DNA of 64,000 nt from Patescibacteria group bacterium (GTDB taxonomy: Bacteria > Patescibacteriota > Microgenomatia > UBA1400 > PJMF01): assembly GCA_049322655.1 (NCBI GenBank), contig JBMORP010000006.1, positions 256,410-320,409 on the forward strand. Direction: 5' to 3'. The notes under the pieces were generated by a model. It made no database searches. It saw nothing but the letters and a program-made list of their open reading frames with translations, and had not been told where the DNA came from. Below, piece after piece: positions 17,632 to 26,804 of this stretch. Position 1 is the first letter of the stretch, and every line of letters begins with the position of its first letter. A program made the translations under genes and the position numbers.

Positions 17632-20190
17632 TCAATTACCTTGTTTGGTTGACAAAATTTCTCTTCTTTGTTCAATGAACCACCACTTAATCAACTCAAC
17701 TAAACCTAGTTGCAAGAAACCTAATAAAACTAAAGCCGCCATTACTAAAGGGTGTAAACTCACTGTATCTAAAAATCTTTGTAAAGGAGACCAATAAACA
17801 CTGGCAAACATAATAATGAAACTACTTAGAACTGCCCAATTCATTAATTTATTACTAAATAACTTTTCCTGCCAAATATTTTTTCGTAAACTTTTGACTG
17901 AAAATAAGTAAAGTAAAGAATCAGTCGCCATTACTACAAAAATAATCGTTCTTATTTCTACCAAGGGCATCTCGATTAATCTTAAAAAGTAATATAAACC
18001 TAAAGTTAAAAAATGAACTAGCCCAATAATAATAATCAAGGCTTTCATCTCAGCATCAAAAATAGAGGAATCCTGTCTCCTTGGTTTATCATTCATGACA
18101 TCATCGTCACTTTCTTCGAAAGCCAAAGAAATTCCCGGCAAACCATCCTCAACTAAGTTGATCCATAAAATCTGAACCGCCGTAATCGGTAATGGCCAAC
18201 CCAGAATTAAACTTCCACCCACTATAAATAAACCAGCAAAAACATCAGTTAATAGATAAGTCACGATTTTTTTCATCGTCTCAATAATAATTCTGCCTTC
18301 TTTAATTGCCATTACAATCGATTTAAAATTGCTATCCAAAAGCACCATATCAGCAGTTTCTTTGGATACATCACTAGCCTCATTAACCACCACTCCAATT
18401 TCAGCCGCTTTGAGAGCTGGAGAGTCATTAACACCATCACCAGTCATAGCCACTACTTCATTCATGTCTTGTAAAGCTTGAACAATTTTTAGTTTTTGAT
18501 CAGGAGTTGTCCTCGCAAAGAGTAAAATTTCTGGTAGTTTTTTCTCGATTTCTTTAATCGATAACTTCTTCAACTCTTCTCCAGTCATTACATGATCTTC
18601 AGTTAGTTCTTCAGCCGTAAAACCAAGTTTTTTCAAAACAGTAGCTGCTGTCTCTGCATAATCACCAGTAATCACTTTCACCCCAACCCCTGCCTTTTTG
18701 ACTAGTGCTAGAGCTTCTTTAACTCCAGGACGGACCTTATCTTCAAAAGCAAAAATCCCTTGCCAAACAAATTTTTCAACCTCAGCTAATTTAACTTTTT
18801 TAGAAAAAATCCTGTGGCCGACTGCTACCATTCGATAACCTTCAACTCCAAGTTTTTTTATTGTTGCTAATTCCTTTTTTTGATCTGCTTTTGATAAATT
18901 ACTTTTGGAAAGAATTAATTCTGGAGCTCCAATGATTAAAGCATGAAATTTTTTATCTTTTTCGATTAGACTCGCTGCATATTTTTTTTCTGAAGAAAAA
19001 GGGATATTTTCTATTCTCTTGCATTGTTTCTTTAATTCTTCTACAGAATTAATTCTCGACCAAACCTCACCTTTTTTCAGTTCTTCCTTGGCCCAAGATA
19101 CCAAAGCATCACCCACTTCATCAACCTCATCATTAACTAACACTGCTGCTTTGAGTAAAATTTCTTTATTACCAACTGTCTCTGCAACAGTTAAAACTCC
19201 TTCGGTCAAAGTTCCGGTTTTATCACAACAAATGACTGTCACACTGCCCAAGGTCTCTGCAGAAATTAGTTTTCTTACTAAAGCTTTTTGCTTAAAGATT
19301 TTTTGCATGCCTAAAGATAAAACAACCGTTAAACTCACCACCAAACCTTCAGGTATAGCCGAAACAGCCACTGCAACCGCTGTTTCTAGCATTTCCAAAA
19401 AGTGATTGCCTCGCCACCAACCAAAAGCTAGGATTAGCAAAGAACCAAAACCAACAATAATCGATAAAATTTTTGATAAGCCTGCTAGTTTAATTTGTAA
19501 TGGAGTTGGTTTTTCTTCCAAAGTTTCCAAAGTATGAGCAATTTTACCCACCTCGGTCTCAAAACCAGTTTTAATAACTAACATCCGACCCACCCCAGAC
19601 ATAACAGTTGTCCCCATATAAACAAATTTTTCTGCTTGATCACTTTGAGGACCTGCTACTTTAATCTTTTCCAACTCTTCGAATTTTTTTTCATCAACCA
19701 ATTTTTTGACTGGACGACTTTCTCCAGTCAAAATCGACTCAGAAACTTTTAAGTTTTCTGCTATAACAATTACACCATCAGCTGGAATACTCTGCCCAGC
19801 TGAAACCAAACAAATATCACCAGGAACCACTTCTCCTAAAGGAATGATCTTTTTCTCACCATCACGAATCACCATTGCCTTGGGCTTCAAAAAAGACTTC
19901 AAAGCTTCAAGTGATTTGGCCGCCTTCTTTTCCTGGAAAAAACCCAAGGAAGTATTCAAAATCACTACTAACATGATTACTAGTGCATCAAAATATTCAT
20001 GCATCAGCACTGTAACTAGCCCAGCAAAAAATAAGATATAGATCAAAGGAGAAGTCAGTTGAGAAATGAAAATCTTGAGTAAACTATATTCTTTTTTATG
20101 AGCTAGCTCATTTGGACCAACTTTTTTAAGAATTTTTTTAGCTTCTTCGGTCGTTAAACCAGTTTGAAAAAAATGTTGATCCAACTTCAT
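17632..20190 (-). CDS. P-type IIA cation (Ca2+-like) transporting ATPase
   Basis: TGES, IPEGL, DKTGTLT, TGD, GDGVNDSP, QILWINLVED. Confidence 0.93.
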   Translation of the reverse strand: MKLDQHFFQTGLTTEEAKKILKKVGPNELAHKKEYSLLKIFISQLTSPLIYILFFAGLVTVLMHEYFDALVIMLVVILNTSLGFFQEKKAAKSLEALKSFLKPKAMVIRDGEKKIIPLGEVVPGDICLVSAGQSIPADGVIVIAENLKVSESILTGESRPVKKLVDEKKFEELEKIKVAGPQSDQAEKFVYMGTTVMSGVGRMLVIKTGFETEVGKIAHTLETLEEKPTPLQIKLAGLSKILSIIVGFGSLLILAFGWWRGNHFLEMLETAVAVAVSAIPEGLVVSLTVVLSLGMQKIFKQKALVRKLISAETLGSVTVICCDKTGTLTEGVLTVAETVGNKEILLKAAVLVNDEVDEVGDALVSWAKEELKKGEVWSRINSVEELKKQCKRIENIPFSSEKKYAASLIEKDKKFHALIIGAPELILSKSNLSKADQKKELATIKKLGVEGYRMVAVGHRIFSKKVKLAEVEKFVWQGIFAFEDKVRPGVKEALALVKKAGVGVKVITGDYAETAATVLKKLGFTAEELTEDHVMTGEELKKLSIKEIEKKLPEILLFARTTPDQKLKIVQALQDMNEVVAMTGDGVNDSPALKAAEIGVVVNEASDVSKETADMVLLDSNFKSIVMAIKEGRIIIETMKKIVTYLLTDVFAGLFIVGGSLILGWPLPITAVQILWINLVEDGLPGISLAFEESDDDVMNDKPRRQDSSIFDAEMKALIIIIGLVHFLTLGLYYFLRLIEMPLVEIRTIIFVVMATDSLLYLFSVKSLRKNIWQEKLFSNKLMNWAVLSSFIIMFASVYWSPLQRFLDTVSLHPLVMAALVLLGFLQLGLVELIKWWFIEQRREILSTKQGN

Positions 20191-20216
20191 TATTATTCCA
20201 GTCTAGCAGATTTAAA

Positions 20217-20412
20217 ACCAGGACTCCAGGATTCCCCTTGTTGAGGATTACTCCACAAAGTACTTGCTATAAAAACTTTGTTTTCTTAGCGAGTATATTA
20301 GACGCATACTATTGCACTCGCCGATGACACAGCTTCACTTCGTAGACTAGGCGGTGAACCACGCACTGCATACTAACTTATGTAGCGCAATCTTTTCCCT
20401 TTGAACAAATGC
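20217..20412 (-). ncRNA. candidate structured non-coding RNA of unknown family
   Basis: About 44% GC by hand count (81/183 over 20218-20400) against AT-rich spacers elsewhere. Four hairpins plus a possible closing helix; G-U pairs favour the minus strand; no ORF of 60 aa or more. Confidence 0.5.
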
Positions 20413-20414
20413 AT

Positions 20415-20445
20415 AAAACAAAAAAAACAGACTTTAGTCTGTTTT
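20415..20445. terminator. terminator after tRNA-Arg
   Basis: AAAACAGAC-TTTA-GTCTGTTTT with T-tracts on both strands. Confidence 0.7.
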
Positions 20446-20454
20446 ATTTGTTTG

Positions 20455-20526
20455 TGCACCCACCAGGACTCGAACCTGGATTAATGGTTCCGCAAACCAT
20501 TGTTCTATCCCTTAAACTATGGGTGC
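20455..20526 (-). tRNA. tRNA-Arg (anticodon GCG), CCA not encoded
   Basis: Acceptor GCACCCA/TGGGTGC-A, anticodon arm ATGGT-TTGCGGA-ACCAT, T-arm CCAGG-TTCGAGT-CCTGG. Confidence 0.95.
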
Positions 20527-20603
20527 TTGAACTCTGGTATTGTACGCTGAATCAAGAAATTCGGCAAGAAATACTAATTGAGTTATAGTATTACTAATAA
20601 AAT

Positions 20604-20846
20604 ATGAAAAGAACCGACCTTAAACTCGAACCAAACCAACTTAGCCAATTACTAAAAATGAATCGTATACCAACCTCTTTCAAAGAAAAATTAGAACATT
20701 GTCACTCTGACCAAGCTCAATTTATTTCTACCAATGAAGAAGAACTAGAGAAAATTCTAGACCTACTTCCTCCTCCACATTTGGCTAATGGCCAAGAGCA
20801 ACAACTCAGAGAGTTATTAACCATTACTTTGCAAAAAATGAGTTAG
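20604..20846 (+). CDS. hypothetical protein
   Basis: 80-aa ATG-started ORF filling the gap between tRNA-Arg and rarA. Confidence 0.65.
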   Translation: MKRTDLKLEPNQLSQLLKMNRIPTSFKEKLEHCHSDQAQFISTNEEELEKILDLLPPPHLANGQEQQLRELLTITLQKMS

Positions 20847-22048
20847 ATTTTTTCTGGAAAATATTTTTTCTTTTTAAGTTTTTCTGGTAACAAACTCTTT
20901 TTTTGAGGATACATCTCATAACCTTGACCATAGCCTTGTTTTTTCATCAAAGCTGTCACTGGGTTTCTTAACTCCATAGGAATTGGCAAATTAGCAAAGC
21001 TTTGCACATCAGCCTGAGCTGATCTAAGGGCATCATATACTCGACGATCTTTTTTGGCTTTAGCTAAATAAATAGCTCCATGAGAAAGATTGATGGCACA
21101 CTCTGGATAACCAATCACTTTACAAGCTTTAAAAACCTCATTAGCCACAACTAAAGCAGTAGGTTGGGCCATACCAATATCTTCACTAGCAAAAATTACC
21201 ATTCTTCTGGCAATAAAAAGCGGATCTTCACCGGCCGCCACCATTCTAGCCAAATAATAAACAGCAGCATCTGGATCACTAGCTCTCATGCTCTTGATAA
21301 AAGCACTGATAGTGTTGTGATGTTCTTCACCATGTTGGTCATAACGAAGATGTTGAGACTGCAAAGCATTTTTAAGGTGCCCCAAAGTTAAATCTCCATA
21401 AAGAGCAAAAGTATGTTCAATTATCGTTAAAAGTTGCCTGGCATCACCATCAGCAAACCTCAGCAACCACTCTTTAGCCTCCTTGTTAATCGTTAACTTT
21501 AGGCTTTTGGGTTCTTTTTTGAGCAGTTTGATCGCTCGGTCAATCACAGCCAACATTTCTTTTTCAGTTAATGAATTGAGAACATAAACTCTAGCTCTAG
21601 AAAGTAGTGGAGAAATTACTTGAAAACTAGGATTTTCTGTGGTTGCTCCAATTAAAATCAATGTTCCATCCTCAACATAAGGTAATAAAAAATCTTGCTG
21701 AGCTTTATTAAAACGATGAATCTCATCCAAAAATAAAACTGGAGCCGTATAACTTTCAGTAAGCTGACGTTGTTTTTTAGTTTCTTCAACTATTTTTCTA
21801 ATGTCAGCTTTACCAGCGCTTACCGCTGACAACTCAACAAAATCATGGCCAGTTTTACTAGCTAAAATTCTGGCTAAAGTGGTTTTTCCAACCCCAGGCG
21901 GACCCCAAAAAATCATGCTAGAAATTATGCCTAATTCGAGCATTACCCTCAGCGGTTTACCTTCTCCAACTAAATGAGTCTGACCTATAAAATCAGTTAA
22001 AGAGGCTGGTCTTAAACGAGCAGCTAAGGGCATAGAAACATTCACCAC
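20843..22048 (-). CDS. rarA: replication-associated recombination protein A
   Basis: PLAARLRP, GPPGVGKTT, FLDEIHRFNKAQQD, ATTENP, SAFIKSMRASDPDAA, SEDIG. Confidence 0.96.
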   Translation of the reverse strand: MVNVSMPLAARLRPASLTDFIGQTHLVGEGKPLRVMLELGIISSMIFWGPPGVGKTTLARILASKTGHDFVELSAVSAGKADIRKIVEETKKQRQLTESYTAPVLFLDEIHRFNKAQQDFLLPYVEDGTLILIGATTENPSFQVISPLLSRARVYVLNSLTEKEMLAVIDRAIKLLKKEPKSLKLTINKEAKEWLLRFADGDARQLLTIIEHTFALYGDLTLGHLKNALQSQHLRYDQHGEEHHNTISAFIKSMRASDPDAAVYYLARMVAAGEDPLFIARRMVIFASEDIGMAQPTALVVANEVFKACKVIGYPECAINLSHGAIYLAKAKKDRRVYDALRSAQADVQSFANLPIPMELRNPVTALMKKQGYGQGYEMYPQKKSLLPEKLKKKKYFPEKI

Positions 22049-22094
22049 AACCTAGAGCTTACACCTTTTCGAAACACGAAAAAAGAGCGAAATT

Positions 22095-23819
22095 TTATTC
22101 GATCCTAATCAATACTCTTCCAGTCATTTCCTCTGGTTTTTTTAAACCTAATAAATCAATCATTGTCGGGGCCAAATCAGCCAAGATTCCCTGATCTAAT
22201 TGAGTAGGATTATGTTCGAGTTTTTTGGCTACAAAAATGCAGGGCACAGGGTAAGTAGAGTGAGCGGTATCTATTTCTCCTGTCTCATTGTCAATCATTT
22301 CTTCGATATTGCCATGATCAGCAGTAATAATCAGCATGCCATTAGTTTTGTTAATTGCTTCTACAATTTTACCAACCTGAAGATCAACTACTTCGCAGGC
22401 TTTGATACCAGCTTCCAAATTACCAGTATGACCAACCATGTCACCATTACAAATGTTAACTACGGCCGCATCAAAACTTTGGTGCTCGATTTCTTCGACT
22501 AAAGCATCAGCAATTTCTTTGGCTGTCATTTCTGGCGCCTCCTGATAAGAACTGACTTTTTTGGAAGGAAAAATCAGGACATGTTCTCCAGGTAAATATG
22601 TTTCTACTTTGCCATCAATATAATAAGTCACCATTTTTTCTTTTTCTGTCTCGGTTAACCTTAGCTGCCTGACACCTTGTTCAGATAAAAATCTACCGAG
22701 ATTAACCTGAATATCCTCCCTGGGAAAAACAACCGGCACCACCATATCACTATCATAATCTGTCATGGTAACAAAAAATAAATCTTGATATCGCTTATTT
22801 CTAATAAATGTTTTGACTGTGGCTCCTTTTAGTTGATCTTCTGTTAAAGGCTTGCCACAACTCCCACCACTCAAATCACGATATTCAAAGTCAGCCAAAA
22901 CAAAGGCCCAACTTAGTTGCCTGGGTCGATCTACTCTAAAATTAAAAAACACAACTACATCACCCTCATCAATTGTTGGTAAACTTCCGTCTTCTCTTTT
23001 AATAATGATCGGCTCCACAAATTCATCTGTTATTTGACGATCATAAGAGTTTTGCAAAGCTCTTTGCCAATCATCAGTTAAAATTCCCTTGCCTTCAGTC
23101 AAAGCCTCATAAGCTTTTTGGGTCCGATCCCAATTGCGATCACGATCCATCGCATAAAATCTCCCCATAATTGAAGCTATTCTGCCAACCCCAAGGTCAG
23201 CCATCAACACCTCTAAATTTTGTAGTGTAGACAAACCAATTGTCACTTGAGAGTCCCTGCCATCGGTAAAAGCGTGAACTTCAACCTTAGTAAGCTGATG
23301 CTCTTTGGCCATTTTAAGCAATGCCTCTAAATGCTTAACACTAGAGTGAACGAGACCGGGTCCAACTAAACCCATAAAATGAAGCTTGCCACCGGTTTGT
23401 TTGACTTGGTTAAAGGCTTTTTGCAACATCTCGTTAACAAAAAAAGTGCCATCCTCAATAGCCTGACTAACTCTTGGCAAGTTTTGGCGCACAATTCTAC
23501 CAGCCCCAATATTCATGTGACCTGTCTCAGAATTACCATCCACTCCTTTTGGTAAACCGACATATTCTCCGCTTGCTCCCAATTGGGTATGTGGGTATTT
23601 TAACCAGAGAGCATCCATTACTGGTGTTTTGGCTAACTCAATGGCATTGCCAGCCGTCTTAGGACCAATTCCCCAGCCATCAAGAATCAGTAACACCACC
23701 GGACCATTTTTAAGCTCATACCTGGTCTGATTAGCAACAAAGGGAATTTCTCTATCTATTTTTGGTTCCAAAACACGTTGGTTTTTGACTAATTGTGGAC
23801 CAGTTAAATTGTCATTCAT
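22095..23819 (-). CDS. gpmI: 2,3-BPG-independent phosphoglycerate mutase
   Basis: ILDGWG, GNSETGH, TDGRD, YAMDRD, ETEK, DMVGHTG, TADHGN. Confidence 0.96.
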   Translation of the reverse strand: MNDNLTGPQLVKNQRVLEPKIDREIPFVANQTRYELKNGPVVLLILDGWGIGPKTAGNAIELAKTPVMDALWLKYPHTQLGASGEYVGLPKGVDGNSETGHMNIGAGRIVRQNLPRVSQAIEDGTFFVNEMLQKAFNQVKQTGGKLHFMGLVGPGLVHSSVKHLEALLKMAKEHQLTKVEVHAFTDGRDSQVTIGLSTLQNLEVLMADLGVGRIASIMGRFYAMDRDRNWDRTQKAYEALTEGKGILTDDWQRALQNSYDRQITDEFVEPIIIKREDGSLPTIDEGDVVVFFNFRVDRPRQLSWAFVLADFEYRDLSGGSCGKPLTEDQLKGATVKTFIRNKRYQDLFFVTMTDYDSDMVVPVVFPREDIQVNLGRFLSEQGVRQLRLTETEKEKMVTYYIDGKVETYLPGEHVLIFPSKKVSSYQEAPEMTAKEIADALVEEIEHQSFDAAVVNICNGDMVGHTGNLEAGIKACEVVDLQVGKIVEAINKTNGMLIITADHGNIEEMIDNETGEIDTAHSTYPVPCIFVAKKLEHNPTQLDQGILADLAPTMIDLLGLKKPEEMTGRVLIRIE

Positions 23820-23885
23820 GACTATTCCTTGTTATGATTGTTAAAAGTTACAGCTATGCTAATAATAATACCTGACTAAGGGTTT

Positions 23886-24929
23886 ATGCAAAGTACTAAA
23901 GAAGCCACCATTACTAGAATCATCGAAACCGGTAAAATTTCCGATAACGATCAAACAAAAGAATTTCAAAAATTGGAGTTAACAATCAAAGATACTGGTG
24001 AAACTGTCGAAATTCTCCATACCCAAGAACCATATACTCGCTGGGAACCTTATCAGTTAAACCAACAAGTAGTTGTTCAACAACCAGAAGGATTAACAAG
24101 CTGGATCATTACTGATTTTTTCAGGATTCCGGCTTTGGCTCAATTATCGTTGATTTTTATTACTCTAGTAATTTTAATTGGCAAATGGTGGGGAGTCAGA
24201 TCTCTAATTTCTTTAGCCTCTTCATTTGTGGTAATTTTTGGTCTAGTTTTACCATTAATTATCCAAGGATTTAATCCCCTCCTAATTACCTTGATCGGAT
24301 CATTAATTATTGTCCCTACTACTTTTTATCTTTCCCATGGTTGGAAAGTAAAAACTCACATCGCCATCGCCGGCACTTTAATTGCCTTGTTTTCTGCTGG
24401 CCTGCTGGCTACTATCTTTATGGATAATACTTATTTAACTGGTTTTGCTAGCGAAGAAGCAGGTTTTTTAAGTGTTATGACTAAAAATCAGCTCGATATT
24501 AGAGGCCTTCTTTTAGCTGGCATTATCATCAGTTTACTGGGAACACTAGATGACGTCGCTATCTCCCAAGCTTCATTTGTTCAACAACTTAAAGAAGCTG
24601 ATCCCCAAATGTCCTTCAGAGAGTTGTTTATTAGAGCCATGAGAGTTGGCCAAGACCATATCTCTTCAATGGTTAATACTTTAGTCCTGGTCTACGCTGG
24701 AGCTTCTTTACCACTACTATTACTTTTTCTAACTTCAGATACTAGCATCAGCCAAGTCTTAAATTTGGAAATTGTTGCCGAAGAAATCGTCAGGACTCTT
24801 TCAGGATCAATTGGCATTGTCCTAGCCGCCCCAATCACAACCTTAATCGCGGCTTCTGTTTTCACTAATAAAAAAGATATCCCTAAAGAACCAATTCCTA
24901 GAAAGAAAAAAGAGAAATTTCATCTTTAA
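23886..24929 (+). CDS. YibE/F family membrane protein
   Basis: LGTLDDVAISQ, GQDHISSMVNTLVLVYAG, EEIVRTLSGSIG. Confidence 0.9.
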   Translation: MQSTKEATITRIIETGKISDNDQTKEFQKLELTIKDTGETVEILHTQEPYTRWEPYQLNQQVVVQQPEGLTSWIITDFFRIPALAQLSLIFITLVILIGKWWGVRSLISLASSFVVIFGLVLPLIIQGFNPLLITLIGSLIIVPTTFYLSHGWKVKTHIAIAGTLIALFSAGLLATIFMDNTYLTGFASEEAGFLSVMTKNQLDIRGLLLAGIIISLLGTLDDVAISQASFVQQLKEADPQMSFRELFIRAMRVGQDHISSMVNTLVLVYAGASLPLLLLFLTSDTSISQVLNLEIVAEEIVRTLSGSIGIVLAAPITTLIAASVFTNKKDIPKEPIPRKKKEKFHL

Positions 24930-24946
24930 ACCCTGCTATACTAGCA

Positions 24947-25579
24947 ATGACTATGAAACAGTTAATTTTATTTGATATTGATGACACTATCTTTAACACC
25001 ATCCTCTTTAGAAAAATCCAGGATGAAACTTTGGCTAAATACCTGGAAATCACTGACCTAGAAATCAAAAAAATCAGAAGTGAATATTATTACCAACTTG
25101 AAAGAGGTAGTGATTTTTCTATTGATGAATTTCTCAAAATAATTGCTGAAAAATATCAGCATGATTTTTTAGAAATAAAAAAAGTTTTCCTTAATAAAAA
25201 AAATGTTGAGTTATGCCTATACACAGAAATCCCTGAGGTTTTGGCTAAATTAAAAAAACAAAATTATTCTTTAGGGGTTTTTTCTGAAGGACATAAAAGC
25301 TTCCAACTTCACAAACTTAAGGCTAAAAATATAATTAGTTTTTTTTCTCAAAGTCATCTTTATATTTTAAGAAGAAAAATCGATCCAGCTATTTTAAAAA
25401 ACCTACCCAAAGATACGATCATTATCGATGATAAACCAGATATTCTCGAGGAACTAAAAAAGTTCGACAACATTAGACCAATCCAAATAATAAGAGAAAA
25501 CAAAAAACATGAACCAATTGTCTGTGATAACATCATTAACAGTACTGAGCAGTTATTAAGATTGCTCCAGCTTGACTAA
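24947..25579 (+). CDS. HAD-superfamily hydrolase
   Basis: Motif I LFDIDDT and motif IV IIDDK. Confidence 0.85.
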   Translation: MTMKQLILFDIDDTIFNTILFRKIQDETLAKYLEITDLEIKKIRSEYYYQLERGSDFSIDEFLKIIAEKYQHDFLEIKKVFLNKKNVELCLYTEIPEVLAKLKKQNYSLGVFSEGHKSFQLHKLKAKNIISFFSQSHLYILRRKIDPAILKNLPKDTIIIDDKPDILEELKKFDNIRPIQIIRENKKHEPIVCDNIINSTEQLLRLLQLD

Positions 25580-26446
25580 TTTTGACAAAGCAAATAGCAG
25601 TACCAAAGCAAAAATATACTGGACTGGCACTAAATAAGTTTTATAAACAACAGCATCTATCACAATAGCTAAAACAGGAAAAACCAATTCTAGTAATGTG
25701 GATAATCTTACTGGAGTTGTCTTCAAACCTTTGTAATAGATATAAAGAGCCACCATTCCAGTAGATAAAGCAATGAAAGTCAAACTTGCCCACTGACTAA
25801 AGTCAGGCAATAAAAAGTTGTTTCTTTGAAAAACAATTAAAGACAAACCAGCAAAAAAAGTAGTTGCCAAAAACCTCAAGCCGGTAGCCTGCTTTGAGTC
25901 TACTTTGTTTAAAATCTTTTTGGAAAAAGTTGTGCCAGTCCCCCAAAAAAAAGCTGCTCCAAGCGCGTACAACGCCGCCAAAATATTATTACCATCCTGA
26001 CTAAGAGAAACACTGCCTGTGGGGAAAGTAATATAAAAAGCAGCAATCAAAGCCACTGCCGCCCATAACCAATAATAAGATGAAAATTTTTCCTGCAAAA
26101 TTATTTTTGCTGAACCAATTGCAAAAATAGGTTGGAGTTTTTGTAATAAAAAAACCACACTAAAAGAAATAAAAAATACTTGCTGCAAAGCAGCTGTAAA
26201 TAAAATCGTTCCTAACAAACCACTAAAAAGCGCCACTAACAAAACCTCTTTCCAAACTTGTTTGAAATCTTTAAATTTTAGTTTCCAAATAATCGGTAAT
26301 AAAAAAACCACCCCAACTAAATGCTCAAGAAAAACTATTTGCAAAGGTGACAAAACAAATAAATTTCTTCTAATCACCCCATCAAAAGCCCACAAACCTG
26401 CAGCTAAAACTATATATAGTGGTCCAAAATTAAATTTATTCAACAT
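25556..26446 (-). CDS. EamA/DMT family transporter
   Basis: About 10 TM helices in two repeats; LQPIF...LQEK; YYKGLK. Confidence 0.88.
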   Translation of the reverse strand: MLNKFNFGPLYIVLAAGLWAFDGVIRRNLFVLSPLQIVFLEHLVGVVFLLPIIWKLKFKDFKQVWKEVLLVALFSGLLGTILFTAALQQVFFISFSVVFLLQKLQPIFAIGSAKIILQEKFSSYYWLWAAVALIAAFYITFPTGSVSLSQDGNNILAALYALGAAFFWGTGTTFSKKILNKVDSKQATGLRFLATTFFAGLSLIVFQRNNFLLPDFSQWASLTFIALSTGMVALYIYYKGLKTTPVRLSTLLELVFPVLAIVIDAVVYKTYLVPVQYIFALVLLFALSKLVKLEQS

Positions 26447-26804
26447 TTAGGCTTTGTTTTATATCTCTTATATCCTTACTAATCTGTTCTTTTAGTAAAG
26501 AAAAATCTGTAAAATCCATTACACCTCTTATATATTGCTCTAAAGAAAACTCAACTTCTCGTCCATAAATCTGAGCTGAAAAATCTAGAACAAAGATCTC
26601 CAACACATCAAAATGCTCATTCTTAACCAACCTCGGACCAAAGTAGGCAGCTCCAGGAAAAACCTTGTTATCGATTTTTACCCAACTAGCATAAACCCCT
26701 TTTTTCAAATTAGTTGGCAAAACTTGTGGATCCAAGTTAATGGTTGGATAAGCCTTCTTTGTTCCTTCTTTTGCCCCATGGAAAACCTGTGATTTATAAA
26801 ACAT
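26436..26804 (-). CDS. stand-alone riboflavin kinase (RibF C-terminal domain)
   Basis: YPTINL, GVYA, LEIFVLDF...IYG, YIR...F..LKEQISKD; no FAD synthetase domain. Confidence 0.88.
   Translation of the reverse strand: MFYKSQVFHGAKEGTKKAYPTINLDPQVLPTNLKKGVYASWVKIDNKVFPGAAYFGPRLVKNEHFDVLEIFVLDFSAQIYGREVEFSLEQYIRGVMDFTDFSLLKEQISKDIRDIKQSLNVE

Noticed and set aside
17413-17797. Short ORFs 17413-17595, 17470-17652 and 17597-17797
   Set aside because: They overlap tRNA-Ser or the ATPase end and are spurious translations.
20217-20412. Assignment of the structured region to RNase P, tmRNA, SRP, a group I intron or yybP-ykoY
   Set aside because: Only fragmentary resemblances (GGGAAAAGATT, TAGACTA, ACAAAGT/ACTTTGT); the required partner motifs are missing or in the wrong order.
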